Counted from the first letter of the stretch, positions 16,228-25,747 are shown. The stretch: DNA of 50,071 nucleotides from Patescibacteria group bacterium (GCA_035510535.1 DATKGY010000046.1:1-50071); one strand, 5' to 3'. Made by a program: numbers and translations. Notes: generated by a model from the sequence alone, not told the origin.

Positions 16228-16401
16228 ATGGATGATACACAACAAAAATCACAAATAGACGAAGATGCAAGAAAAGCTAAGGAGGGAATAGATACAGATA
16301 CTTTTAACGCAAGACAAGCATTGGCAGATCAAGAATCCGAGAAAATAAGAAGTGACGCAGAAGCGGAAATTGCGCAAATCCAAAACGACGCACAAAAATA
16401 G
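16228..16401 (+). CDS. Small hydrophilic protein (57 aa)
   Basis: The track ORF 16120-16401 begins inside the previous gene in another frame. The ATG at 16228 (MDDTQQKSQIDEDARKAKEG...) starts 2 nt after that gene's stop. Confidence 0.4.
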   Translation: MDDTQQKSQIDEDARKAKEGIDTDTFNARQALADQESEKIRSDAEAEIAQIQNDAQK

Positions 16402-16487
16402 GTTCTGACGCCCCCATTGCTTTCTTCAGCGTCTCTTCAGAAAGATATATTAATCTAAATTTAGATAACGGGGGGAGGTGAAAATAT

Positions 16488-16634
16488 ATGATGGATAAAA
16501 AATGTAATTGCGGTGGGCATGAGATGCCGGATTGTTGCCAAGAACATAAAATGTCAAAAGAACATCTTAAAATGAAAAAGGAGATGTTGGAAGAAAAGCT
16601 CAAATGGGTGAACGAACAGTTGGAAGAAAAATAA
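16488..16634 (+). CDS. Small Cys/His-rich protein (48 aa), missing from the ORF track
   Basis: MMDKKCNCGGHEMPDCCQEHKMSKEHLKMKKEMLEEKLKWVNEQLEEK, preceded by GGGGGGAGGTG about 8 nt upstream and followed by a strong hairpin terminator. Confidence 0.5.
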   Translation: MMDKKCNCGGHEMPDCCQEHKMSKEHLKMKKEMLEEKLKWVNEQLEEK

Positions 16635-16660
16635 TAATCGTTTATCAATAAATCTTTTTA

Positions 16661-16700
16661 ATACATAGCTTTACTTTTGGGTAGAGTTATGTATTTTTTG
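16661..16700 (+). terminator. Rho-independent terminator
   Basis: A 12-bp stem pairs ACATAGCTTTAC (16663-16674) with GTAGAGTTATGT (16681-16692), including 2 G:U pairs. The loop is 6 nt, and the stem is followed by a TTTTTT run. Confidence 0.7.
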
Positions 16701-16767
16701 TTTTCAGGTCAGCCTTCAGATACAACATGATCCAAGTAGTCGATTAAAAATAGTGTATAATCTGTTT

Positions 16768-16893
16768 ATGGCAAAAAGAGATACCGGAGTTGGGAAAATG
16801 AAAAAAACCCATTCCTATAAAACCAAAAAGAGGCTTGAGGTAAAGCGCCAAATGCTTCTGAGAACAGCTACTAAGCACAAACACCGCAGCTAA
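16768..16893 (+). CDS. Very basic 41-aa ORF (speculative)
   Basis: MAKRDTGVGKMKKTHSYKTKKRLEVKRQMLLRTATKHKHRS. The composition resembles a small ribosomal or nucleic-acid-binding protein, but I cannot match it to a family. Confidence 0.25.
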   Translation: MAKRDTGVGKMKKTHSYKTKKRLEVKRQMLLRTATKHKHRS

Positions 16894-16907
16894 AACAATT
16901 CTTCTAT

Positions 16908-17969
16908 TTACGGAGATTGTGGTTGGTCTTGATTTGAAGCTTCATCTTGTTGATTCTCCTTATTGTTTATTGTCGGCAATTGCTTATTTTTTTGATGTTT
17001 CCAATAAATAAACCAGCCAATCCCGCCGACTATTAGAATAAATGCAATAATGCCTACCAGCATCGTTATATCTGAAGTACCCGCAACTGAAGTTGGTGCT
17101 GGAGTTGGAGTAGTAGTCGGCTGTATATTCTCCGTTGGAGTTGGAGTATCGGTGGGAGCAACATTATTTTGACTAGTTGTGTCTAAAGACGTATCCGGCG
17201 TTGGCGTGGGAGTCGCGGCGGCGACCCCGCCGGCTGTGGTGGCGGAAACTTCATTTGAAAAACTTCCGGGAGTACACCCGTTAACCGCTTTTACAACAAA
17301 ATAATAAGTTGTTCCTTTCGCCAAATTACCAACCGTGTACGAAGTCGTTCCTTGCTCACCGACATTAGGATTTCCATAAATATATTGTCCCGCGGCAATT
17401 CCATACGAAACTAAATAATAACTGACTGGATTAGCTACATCTGTCCACGTTAGCATTATTTGACTATTCCCATTGGCTACCGCCGAAGTTAATTGCGGCG
17501 TCCCCGGCGTTCCGTAAGCGCAAGAATTAGGTGTCGTAAAAGTTACGGTTATGCTGCTGGTTGAACCAAGTGGGATAGATGGATTGTCGCTGGTATCCGA
17601 AGCCGTGAAGGTATCCGTACCGGGATTTGGATTGTTTGAACTGACCGCAAAGCTAACATTTCCGTTTGAATCGGTGGTCGCGGTGGCATTATCTGCCCCA
17701 ACGCTCCCGCCATTAATCACTAAGCCCGAGTCGCCGGTGCTGGTTAAAGTCACCGTGTCTCCGGAAACTGCATTATTTGCATCATCTCTTACGGTAATTG
17801 AAATGGTCGCCGTGGTTGATCCATCCGCGGGAACCGAAGTTGAGTTGACTGAAAAAAGCGAATTATTAGTATTGGCATTATTATTTGCCAGCGCGGGCAA
17901 AGCAAAGAAAAAAGAAGAGAAGAAGAGCAAACAGATAAAGACAATAATCTTACTTCTTAGTTGCCGCAT
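16908..17969 (-). CDS. Cell-surface protein: signal peptide, bacterial Ig-like (Big_1-like) domain, fibronectin-III-like domain, Pro/Thr linker, C-terminal TM anchor
   Basis: 353 aa. Signal peptide LFFSSFFFALPALA, Big-like TATISITVRDDANNAVSGDTVTLTS, FN3-like IMLTWTDVANPVSYYLVSYG...GTTYYFVVKAVN, linker TPTPTPD...PTPAPT, and TM LVGIIAFILIVGGIGWFIYW. Confidence 0.7.
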   Translation of the reverse strand: MRQLRSKIIVFICLLFFSSFFFALPALANNNANTNNSLFSVNSTSVPADGSTTATISITVRDDANNAVSGDTVTLTSTGDSGLVINGGSVGADNATATTDSNGNVSFAVSSNNPNPGTDTFTASDTSDNPSIPLGSTSSITVTFTTPNSCAYGTPGTPQLTSAVANGNSQIMLTWTDVANPVSYYLVSYGIAAGQYIYGNPNVGEQGTTSYTVGNLAKGTTYYFVVKAVNGCTPGSFSNEVSATTAGGVAAATPTPTPDTSLDTTSQNNVAPTDTPTPTENIQPTTTPTPAPTSVAGTSDITMLVGIIAFILIVGGIGWFIYWKHQKNKQLPTINNKENQQDEASNQDQPQSP

Positions 17970-18073
17970 AACTTCATTATATATCAGCGCCTTAAGAATC
18001 TAATCTGATACGTTTTTACCATAATCTTACTTCCTGAAAAAAAGCTTAAAAGATTTTGGGAATAGATTTTTAA

Positions 18074-19150
18074 TTATCCCAAGTAGTCTTTGAGTTTGTT
18101 GCCCCGCGATGGATGCCTTAATTTTCTTAATGCTTTGGCTTCGATTTGTCTGATTCGCTCCCTGGTAACAGCAAACATTTTGCCAACTTCTTCCAAAGTT
18201 TTTGGCCGCCCGTCTTTTAAACCAAACCTTTCTTCCAGCACCCTTTTTTCCCGATCCGATAAGGTTGAGAGGACTTGGTCAATTTGCTCTTTCAAAAGTT
18301 CGCGTGAGGCGGTATCAAAAAGCGTTGGTGCCGAAGTATCATGGATAAAATCACCAAGTCTCGAATCTTCTTCGTCTCCCACCGGCGATTCCAAACTGGC
18401 CGGCTCCTGGGAAATCTTGATAATCTCCAATGCTTTGTCCGGTTCAATCCCTAAAGCTTTAGCCACTTCTTCCGGCGTTGGTTCGCGGCCCAATTCCTGC
18501 ATCAACTTTCGCGAAGCTCTCAAGAATCTATTGATGTTTTCTACCATGTGCACGGGAATCCTGATGGTTCTGGCCTGATCGGCAATCGCGCGGGTAATTG
18601 ACTGTCTAATCCACCAAGTGGCATAAGTGGAGAACTTAAAACCTCTTCTCCAGTCGTATTTTTCCACCGCCCGAATTAATCCTTGATTTCCCTCCTGAAT
18701 TAAATCCAACAGTGTTAAGCCCCGGCCGACATATTTTTTGGCGATGGAAACTACTAACCTAAGGTTGGAATTGATTAACGTTTGCTTGGCGCGTTTGTCA
18801 CCCTTTTCCACTTTTTTAGCCAGCTCGATTTCTTGGTCAAACTTTAAAAGCGGAATCCGGCCGATTTCCTTAAGATACATTCGCACCGGATCGGAAACAG
18901 TTCCTTCGGTTAAAACCGTTAAAGCTTCCAGCTCTTTTTCTAAATCCTCAATCGGTTTTTCATCTTCCGTTTCGGCCGCCACCGACTCAAAAACATCAAT
19001 GTCGGAGCGGATCAATTTATCGTAAAGTAAATCTAGTTCCGCAATGTGCTCTTCGGGGCGGGGGAAAATTTTTAAGATTTCGTCTTGAGTAATATAACCC
19101 CGCTTTTTTGCACCACTAACAATCTCGGTGAGGATGTTGGGTTGCTTCAT
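18074..19150 (-). CDS. rpoD: RNA polymerase primary sigma factor (sigma-70 family)
   Basis: Regions 1.2-4.2 are recognisable ([64 protein letters not shown]). The track start at 19180 is a TTG, and the ATG at 19148-19150 (MKQPNIL...) is preferred. Confidence 0.93.
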   Translation of the reverse strand: MKQPNILTEIVSGAKKRGYITQDEILKIFPRPEEHIAELDLLYDKLIRSDIDVFESVAAETEDEKPIEDLEKELEALTVLTEGTVSDPVRMYLKEIGRIPLLKFDQEIELAKKVEKGDKRAKQTLINSNLRLVVSIAKKYVGRGLTLLDLIQEGNQGLIRAVEKYDWRRGFKFSTYATWWIRQSITRAIADQARTIRIPVHMVENINRFLRASRKLMQELGREPTPEEVAKALGIEPDKALEIIKISQEPASLESPVGDEEDSRLGDFIHDTSAPTLFDTASRELLKEQIDQVLSTLSDREKRVLEERFGLKDGRPKTLEEVGKMFAVTRERIRQIEAKALRKLRHPSRGNKLKDYLG

Positions 19151-19195
19151 AGAGTATATTTTACCACTTTTTACGCTCAATTGGAAGCGAAAAGA

Positions 19196-20956
19196 TTAAT
19201 CTTTGGGTAAACTCACGATTAATTTTGACAATTCTTCTCTTAATTCTGCCTTATCGGTGTCTTTATTTTTCTCTTTAGCTCTTAGCTGCGTTGTGATAAC
19301 ATTTACTCTTTCTTTAATAAATAGCGTTAAAAGTTCTTTAATTACTTTTTGGACTTCCTCTACGTATTTGTCCTCTTCCAGTTTTGGTAAAGGAAACAGA
19401 AAACAGGTGTCAAAAGATTGAATAAGTTCTTTGGAAAGAATTTTGGCGAATTTCTCCTGATCCAGCTTTTCGCTGGTTTTGAGAAACGTTCTGAGATTTT
19501 CCAAAAGCTTTCCTAAAGACGGAGTGGCGAACTGATAGAGCGTTAAGCTTTCCTGATTGTCTTCAAGTACTTTTTGCGGATTACTGCTTTGGACGATAAG
19601 AGCGATTAAATATTCTTCCAGCACTTCCCGGCGGCTTCTTTTATCTTTTTGGGAAATTGCAATTTTATCTTCCAAATCTTTTTTTTGTAATTTACTGACT
19701 TCCTTTAATAAACTCTCTAAAGAGATTTCAAAAATGGCGCTGAGTTTTTTTAGATAATGCTCTTTAATTATTTCGTTGGAAATATTAGCAAAAAGCGGCA
19801 ACAGATTGTCGGCAATCGCCTTTTTTCCTTGGGCGCTATCTTTATTATTTTCCGAAACAAATTTATCAACCAAATAATCATAAACTCCTGAGGCTTCCCG
19901 AACCGCTTGCTTAAACTGCGCCGGATTTTTCTTTAAGGCTTCGTCCGGATCTTTTCCATCTGTAATGACGATAATTGAAGTAGTCATCCCTTTTTTCTCC
20001 AAGACTTCCAAACTGCGCCTGGTGGCTTCAAAGCCGGCGTTATCCTGATCTAAACACAAAGTTACTTTGGGCGTAAAGCGACTAAGAAGCGCCACCTGAT
20101 TTTCGGTTAAGGCCGTCCCTTTAATCGCCACCGCGTTTTTAATTCCCTCCATGTATAAAGCAATAGCGTCAAACTCCCCCTCGACAATAATCGCGTCCTG
20201 CTTTTGTTTGATTTCGTCCTTAGCGGTATTTAAACCAAAAAACATGCTCCCTTTGTGATAAACCGCCGTTTCTTTGGTATTTAAGTACTTAGGTTGGTCA
20301 GTATCGTTTAGGGCTCTGCCGGAAAAGCCGGTCACGTTGCCACGGTGATCAAACAGCGGAAAAATAATCCGGCCCCTGAAAAAATCTAAACATTGACTGC
20401 CTCTTTCAAAAGACGCGCCGGCAGAAATTAAATCCCTATTTTTGTAGCTTTTCTTTTTTAAGAGATAATCCGATAAAGAACTCCCTGTGGATGGCGCAAA
20501 ACCCAATTGAAAAGTATCAATAATTCCCTTGTTGATTTTCCGTTTAGTCAAAAGATAAGCAAGCGCCTCTTTGCCCGCGGGAAGCTCGGTCAGCACATAA
20601 TGGTAAAATTTTAGAGCGTGGTTATTGACCGCAAAAATATTTTCTTTTTCCGAATACTCGCCTTGGCGGAAACTGCTTTCTTTTAAAGTCACTCCTGCCC
20701 GTTTGGCTAAACTGCGTAAAGCCTCGGGAAACTCCATATTTTCATACTCCATGAGAAAGGTATAGACGTCTCCGCCTTTGCCGCAGCCAAAACAATGCCA
20801 GATTTGTCTTTCGGGAGAAATGACTAAGGAAGGAGTTTTTTCGTTATGAAACGGGCAATTAGTTTTGAAATTGCGCCCGGCTTTTTTCAAGGGCAAATAA
20901 TCGGCGATAAAAGTCACGATATCTATTTTTTCCCTAATTTCCGACACTTGATCCAT
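19196..20956 (-). CDS. dnaG: DNA primase
   Basis: It has a zinc ribbon (CPFHNEKTPSLVISPERQIWHCFGCGKGGD), an RNA polymerase core and a TOPRIM domain (IIVEGEFDAIAL...LCLDQDNAG). The track start at 21013 is a TTG, and the ATG at 20954-20956 (MDQVSEIREKIDIV) is more likely. Confidence 0.92.
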   Translation of the reverse strand: MDQVSEIREKIDIVTFIADYLPLKKAGRNFKTNCPFHNEKTPSLVISPERQIWHCFGCGKGGDVYTFLMEYENMEFPEALRSLAKRAGVTLKESSFRQGEYSEKENIFAVNNHALKFYHYVLTELPAGKEALAYLLTKRKINKGIIDTFQLGFAPSTGSSLSDYLLKKKSYKNRDLISAGASFERGSQCLDFFRGRIIFPLFDHRGNVTGFSGRALNDTDQPKYLNTKETAVYHKGSMFFGLNTAKDEIKQKQDAIIVEGEFDAIALYMEGIKNAVAIKGTALTENQVALLSRFTPKVTLCLDQDNAGFEATRRSLEVLEKKGMTTSIIVITDGKDPDEALKKNPAQFKQAVREASGVYDYLVDKFVSENNKDSAQGKKAIADNLLPLFANISNEIIKEHYLKKLSAIFEISLESLLKEVSKLQKKDLEDKIAISQKDKRSRREVLEEYLIALIVQSSNPQKVLEDNQESLTLYQFATPSLGKLLENLRTFLKTSEKLDQEKFAKILSKELIQSFDTCFLFPLPKLEEDKYVEEVQKVIKELLTLFIKERVNVITTQLRAKEKNKDTDKAELREELSKLIVSLPKD

Positions 20957-21017
20957 AGATGCCGCTATTGTAGCACGCGGGAACTCATCCTGTACATTGA
21001 TAAATGAAAACAAAATT

Positions 21018-22544
21018 CTATTCCCATTCCATCGTTGCGGGAGGCTTAGTCGTTATGTCATAAACAACGCGGGAAACACCTGGGACTTCATTTACAATTC
21101 TTGATGAAATTGTTTGCAATAAATCGTAAGGAAGATGCGACCAGACTGTTGACATTATGTCTTTTGATTCAATTACTCTTAAAGCGACCACTTCTTCAAA
21201 AAAACGGCCATCCCCCTTTACCGCAGTAGAAAAGGCTCCTGTCATAACCGGAAAAGAAATAAATACTTTTTTTAACCACCCGGCTTTTCTTAGCTCTTCC
21301 ATCACGATTTTATCTGCTTGTTTTTCCTGATTTAAACGCTTACTAGTTACTTCACCTCGAATTCTCACTGCATACCCGGGCCCTGGAAACGGCTGCTTAT
21401 AAACAAAAGCGTCTGGAAGTTTAAGTAGTTTTCCTATTTTTCTTACCTCATCTTTATAAAAATTTCTGACCGGTTCAATTAACTGTAGTCTCATATTCTT
21501 AGGCAATCCACCAACATTATGATGACTTTTTATTTTAGCGGCATTTCTTGTCCCCTTGCTTTCGATTACATCCGAATAGATTGTTCCTTGCATTAAATAT
21601 TTGACGTTTTTACCAGTTTTGATAATTTTTTCCATTTCCCTTTCGAAAATATCGATATATAACTTGCCTATTATTTTGCGCTTTCTTTCCGGGTCAATAG
21701 CGCCTTCTAATTTTTTAAGGGCTTCCTGCTGAACATTAATTACTCTAACTTTAATCCCGGTATGTTTAAAAAACTTGGCCAAATGCTCTTTAGTGTCATA
21801 ACGCATTAAGCCATTATCAACGTAGATTGGGATAAATTGTTTTTCCAAGGCCTTAGCCATTAATGCCGCTGCCACTGTTGAATCAACCCCTCCGGAAACT
21901 GCTCCGATTACATAATCCTTGCCCACTTGAGTTCTAATCGAACTCACGATTTGATCAATATCGATCTTTTTTATCTCTTTTTTTGCTCCGCAAATATTGA
22001 TGAAGTTTTCCAATACTTGTTTTCCGATTTCCGTATGCTCAACTTCCGGATGAAATTGAACACCGAATATTTTTTTAACAGAGTTTTCGACAAATGAAGC
22101 GGGTACTTTTTCTGTTGAGCCAATTATCTTAAATCCTGAGGCAAGCCTGATAACTTCATCGCCGTGGCTTACCCAAACAGTCGAAATTTTTGGTATTTTA
22201 TTCAAAATTCTTGATTGATGATTTTTGATTCTTAATGTGGCCGGGCCGTATTCCTTTTTACCGGAAACAACTTTCCCCCCCATTAAATACATCATTAGTT
22301 GTAATCCATAACAAATTCCCAAGATTGGGATTTTGGAAGCAAAAATGCTTTTGTCGATAGTCGGCGCGCCTTTTTGATAAACCGAATCCGGACCTCCCGA
22401 AAGGATAATTCCTTGAGGTTTATCTTTTTTTATTTCCGCGAGAGCTTCTTCGGGAAGAATAATTTTCGTTTTTGCGCCAAGATCATTTATTCTTCTTGAG
22501 ATGAGATGTGCAACTTGTGACCCAAAATCTATAACTAAAATCAT
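21018..22544 (-). CDS. guaA: GMP synthase (glutamine-hydrolysing)
   Basis: 508 aa. The GATase domain is present (ILGICYGLQLM, FGVQFHPEV), along with the ATP-PPase P-loop (GAVSGGVDSTV) and the C-terminal dimerisation motif ending PPATMEWE. Confidence 0.95.
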   Translation of the reverse strand: MILVIDFGSQVAHLISRRINDLGAKTKIILPEEALAEIKKDKPQGIILSGGPDSVYQKGAPTIDKSIFASKIPILGICYGLQLMMYLMGGKVVSGKKEYGPATLRIKNHQSRILNKIPKISTVWVSHGDEVIRLASGFKIIGSTEKVPASFVENSVKKIFGVQFHPEVEHTEIGKQVLENFINICGAKKEIKKIDIDQIVSSIRTQVGKDYVIGAVSGGVDSTVAAALMAKALEKQFIPIYVDNGLMRYDTKEHLAKFFKHTGIKVRVINVQQEALKKLEGAIDPERKRKIIGKLYIDIFEREMEKIIKTGKNVKYLMQGTIYSDVIESKGTRNAAKIKSHHNVGGLPKNMRLQLIEPVRNFYKDEVRKIGKLLKLPDAFVYKQPFPGPGYAVRIRGEVTSKRLNQEKQADKIVMEELRKAGWLKKVFISFPVMTGAFSTAVKGDGRFFEEVVALRVIESKDIMSTVWSHLPYDLLQTISSRIVNEVPGVSRVVYDITTKPPATMEWE

Positions 22545-22545
22545 C

Positions 22546-23691
22546 TTAGTAATTTTTCCCGGGGTTGGTAATTAAAACGTCATGGGGATGGCTTTCGTTC
22601 AAAGACGCTTGAGTTATCTGTATAAATTTTGCTTTTTGCCAAAGCTCTTGGATATTTTTTGCCCCCACGTAATACATTCCCGATCTTATTCCGCCAACCG
22701 CCTGATCGATAAGTTCTTCCACCGAACCCTTAAGTGGCACCAAAGATTCTACCCCTTCGGCAATCATGACGCGGTCTTTGTAACTTTTGCCATGAAACTC
22801 ATCTTCGGATTTTATTTTTGCCCCTCTTGCCATGGCGGCAATTGAACCCATGCCGCGATACTGCTTAAATTTATAAGTTCTGAGTTTTTTATTCAAACTG
22901 CTCTTAAAACGGCTGGGAACTTGCTCTGGTTTGAGCTTAATAATCTTTCCCGGAGACTCCACGCTAGCGGCAAAATAACTTCCCATCATCACCGCCGAGG
23001 CGCCGGCCGCCAAAGCTTTAACGATGTCTCCCGAATATTTTATTCCTCCATCGGCAATAATTGGAATTCCTGCTTTTTTTGCCGCCCGCGCAGTTTCCAT
23101 AATGGCGGTTATTTGCGGCATTCCCATACCGGAAATAATCCGGGTGGTGCAAATCGCTCCCGGGCCCATGCCAACTCTAACCCCATCCGCTCCGGCCAGA
23201 ATTAGCGCTTTCGCGCCCGCAAAAGTGGCGACATTACCGGCGATCACTTCCATTTTAGGGAATTTCTTTTTAATATATTCTGTGGTCTCAATTACTCCTT
23301 TTGAGAATCCATGCGCCGAATCAACAATAATGACATCTACTTCTGTTTTAACTAAAGCCTCCACTCTTTCTTCAAACCCTTTGCCGACGCCAATGGCCGC
23401 TCCGACCAACAGTTTTTTATTTTTGACTTTTTTAACTTCATTGGCCTGGTTTTGCACAGTTAAATTACGGTGGATGATGCCAATTCCGCCTAGTCTTGCC
23501 AAGGCGATTGCTAACTTACTTTCAGTGACGGTGTCCATAGGAGCCGAAACAAAGGGAAGTGTCAGGGTTATTTTTTTGGTGATTTTGGTGGAGAGATCAA
23601 TGTCGGAACGGGAAAAATCAGCGTAATCCGGGAGAAGTAAGATGTCGTCAAACGAGAGGCCAATGGGAAATGTAGATTTTGTAGGCTCCAT
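22546..23691 (-). CDS. guaB: IMP dehydrogenase lacking the CBS/Bateman subdomain
   Basis: 381 aa with GGIGIIHRN, catalytic-loop [22 protein letters not shown] and [10 protein letters not shown]. The sequence runs straight from [11 protein letters not shown] into LVGAAIGV, where canonical enzymes carry ~120 aa of CBS repeats. Confidence 0.85.
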   Translation of the reverse strand: MEPTKSTFPIGLSFDDILLLPDYADFSRSDIDLSTKITKKITLTLPFVSAPMDTVTESKLAIALARLGGIGIIHRNLTVQNQANEVKKVKNKKLLVGAAIGVGKGFEERVEALVKTEVDVIIVDSAHGFSKGVIETTEYIKKKFPKMEVIAGNVATFAGAKALILAGADGVRVGMGPGAICTTRIISGMGMPQITAIMETARAAKKAGIPIIADGGIKYSGDIVKALAAGASAVMMGSYFAASVESPGKIIKLKPEQVPSRFKSSLNKKLRTYKFKQYRGMGSIAAMARGAKIKSEDEFHGKSYKDRVMIAEGVESLVPLKGSVEELIDQAVGGIRSGMYYVGAKNIQELWQKAKFIQITQASLNESHPHDVLITNPGKNY

Positions 23692-23696
23692 AACTT

Positions 23697-23725
23697 ACTA
23701 TAATCTTTTTCGTTTTTTTTGTCAA
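23697..23725 (-). promoter_or_regulatory. Putative promoter of the guaB-guaA-dnaG-rpoD gene string
   Basis: On the minus strand: TTGACA (23720-23725), a 17-nt spacer, then TATAGT (23697-23702), with only 5 nt (AAGTT) before the guaB ATG. Confidence 0.55.
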
Positions 23726-23764
23726 GAAATATCGGAGCCGCTCCAAACCCTCATGGCCTAAAAA

Positions 23765-24124
23765 TTATTTTGAGTTATACCATTGATGAAACTCTGTGCA
23801 TTTGCCATTATCATCTAGTGTAATTTTATAAATTCCGTCTAACTCTGCCTCTTCTTTTGAAAGAAGCCTTATAAAAGTTGCGTGCCAATGTGCAATCCCA
23901 ACGTTATTTTCTATGCCTAGCATCTCATAAGTTACTTGTATTGCGTCGTGATTTAGGACGCTTTGCCACTCTCGTAAAAGATCTTCTTTCGTTGTCAATG
24001 GTTTATCGAAAGGAGCGTCATGCCATATAAACTTTTCTGAAACCAAATCTAAAACACCATTGGGATTTTTCGACTCCCAGACATTTATAAGCTTTTTCAA
24101 CCAATCTTCAAATTGTTCTTCCAT
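23765..24124 (-). CDS. SnoaL/NTF2-like fold protein
   Basis: 119 aa. The N-terminal helix plus W/H-rich beta segments (FIWHDAPFD, GIAHWHATF) are typical of this fold. Function unknown. Confidence 0.5.
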   Translation of the reverse strand: MEEQFEDWLKKLINVWESKNPNGVLDLVSEKFIWHDAPFDKPLTTKEDLLREWQSVLNHDAIQVTYEMLGIENNVGIAHWHATFIRLLSKEEAELDGIYKITLDDNGKCTEFHQWYNSK

Positions 24125-24190
24125 TGCAACTTGATTATACCAAAATATTTATCCTTAAAAAATTTCTGAATAATGCTATGATAGGTATAT

Positions 24191-25726
24191 ATGCTTGCCC
24201 GCGTATTTTCAGCCGCCGTAGTTGGACTCGACGGCGTTTTAGTCGAAGTTGAAGTCGATATTCAAAATCAGGGACTGCCCTCTTTTACCATTGTCGGGTT
24301 GCCGGACAAAGCCGTCGAAGAAGCCAAAGAAAGAGTCCGCTCTGCCATTAAGAACACCGGCTGCGAATTTCCGCAAAAAAGAATCACCGTGAACCTGGCC
24401 CCCGCCGATTTGCCCAAAGAAGGCGCCTCTTATGATTTGCCAATTGCCTTAGGGATTTTAATCGCTTCCGGACAAATTCTGACTGAAACCAATAACATGT
24501 TTTTTACAGGAGAACTATCTTTAGATGGGAGGTTAAGGCATACCAATGGTATTTTACCGATGGTTTTGGCGGCCAAGGAAAAGCAGTTTAAACAAATCTA
24601 TTTGCCCGCAATTAATGCCAACGAAGCTTCAATTGTCAAAGCGGTGGAAGTTTATCCGGTGGAAACTCTGTTGACACTCTTGCGGCATCTGACCAAAGAA
24701 ATGGTGATAAAGCCGCAAAAGACCAAAAGTCTGGAAAGTTACATGCAAAATCAAGTTTATGAATTTGATATGGCCGACGTTAAAGGTCAGGAACAAGCCA
24801 AGCGCGCTTTGGAAATTGCCGCCGCAGGCGGACACAATTTATTATTGAAAGGTCCGCCCGGCGCCGGAAAAACTTTACTGGCCAGAACTTTACCGTCGAT
24901 TTTACCCAAACTGACTTTGAACGAAAGCTTGGAAGTCACCAAAATCTACAGCATTTCGGGGCTTTTGGATAAAAATCCGATTGTTACCGAACGGCCGTTC
25001 CGCTCGCCGCACCATACCACTTCGCACATCGGTTTAATCGGCGGCGGCCAAAACCCCAAACCGGGGGAAATTTCGCTGGCCCACCGCGGCATTTTATTTT
25101 TGGACGAGTTCCCCGAATTTCCGCGCCACGTTTTAGAGGCTCTTCGCCAACCGATGGAAGACGGGTTTGTGGTGATATCCAGAGCCAGCGGCCGGGTGTT
25201 GTTCCCTTCCAAATTTATTTTATTTGCCGCCCAAAATCCCTGTCCCTGCGGCTATTTTGGCGATCCAATGCACGACTGTAAATGTATGCCCGGACAGGTT
25301 ATGCGCTACCAAAAACGGGTTTCCGGCCCGATGCTGGACCGGATTGACATTCATTTGGATGTTCCGGCGGTAAAAATTGATAAATTAACTTCTAAAGAAA
25401 AAGATAATAATGAAAGTTCTAAAATTATTCAAAAACGGGTCCAAGCGGCTAGAGATATTCAGACTAAGAGGTTTAAGGGCACCAAAACTAATTCCAATGC
25501 CGAAATGACTAATAAAGATATCCGCAAGTTTTGTGAATTATCCGACGAATGTCTATCGTTGTTAAGATTAGCAGTGACCAAAATGCAACTGTCGGCCCGG
25601 TCTTACCAAAGAATTATTAAACTAAGCCGGACGATTGCCGATTTAGAAAACAGTGTTGAAATTAAACCGCAGCATATTGCCGAAGCGCTGCAGTACCGCC
25701 CCAAAATCGAAAACACGATGTATTGA
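24191..25726 (+). CDS. YifB/ComM-family Mg-chelatase-like AAA+ ATPase
   Basis: 511 aa. It has an N-terminal Lon-protease-like domain (VEVDIQNQGLPSFTIVGLPD...NLAPADLPKEGASYDLPIA), Walker A (GPPGAGKT), Walker B (ILFLDEFPEF) and a Cys cluster (CPCGYFGD..HDCKC). Confidence 0.92.
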   Translation: MLARVFSAAVVGLDGVLVEVEVDIQNQGLPSFTIVGLPDKAVEEAKERVRSAIKNTGCEFPQKRITVNLAPADLPKEGASYDLPIALGILIASGQILTETNNMFFTGELSLDGRLRHTNGILPMVLAAKEKQFKQIYLPAINANEASIVKAVEVYPVETLLTLLRHLTKEMVIKPQKTKSLESYMQNQVYEFDMADVKGQEQAKRALEIAAAGGHNLLLKGPPGAGKTLLARTLPSILPKLTLNESLEVTKIYSISGLLDKNPIVTERPFRSPHHTTSHIGLIGGGQNPKPGEISLAHRGILFLDEFPEFPRHVLEALRQPMEDGFVVISRASGRVLFPSKFILFAAQNPCPCGYFGDPMHDCKCMPGQVMRYQKRVSGPMLDRIDIHLDVPAVKIDKLTSKEKDNNESSKIIQKRVQAARDIQTKRFKGTKTNSNAEMTNKDIRKFCELSDECLSLLRLAVTKMQLSARSYQRIIKLSRTIADLENSVEIKPQHIAEALQYRPKIENTMY

Positions 25727-25747
25727 TGCTACTGCTATAATTAAGGT

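Noticed and set aside
16120-16648. The track ORFs 16120-16401(+) with its long N-terminal extension and 16304-16648(-), 114 aa.
   Set aside because: The extension reads the lmo0937-like gene out of frame. The minus ORF is antisense to two small plus-strand genes, one of which has a strong SD and terminator.
17551-18003. A 150-aa plus-strand ORF opposite the surface-protein gene. Similar antisense ORFs occur in rpoD, guaB (23024-23626), ruvB/ruvA (27548-28334) and the DUF4012 gene (34087-34883).
   Set aside because: Each lies within a gene whose product has clear family motifs. They are shadow ORFs.
23692-23764. A possible purine riboswitch upstream of guaB.
   Set aside because: Only 73 nt are available. 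They are taken up by a GGAGCGGCTCC hairpin (probably the terminator of the upstream gene) and the promoter, and no three-way junction consensus is visible.
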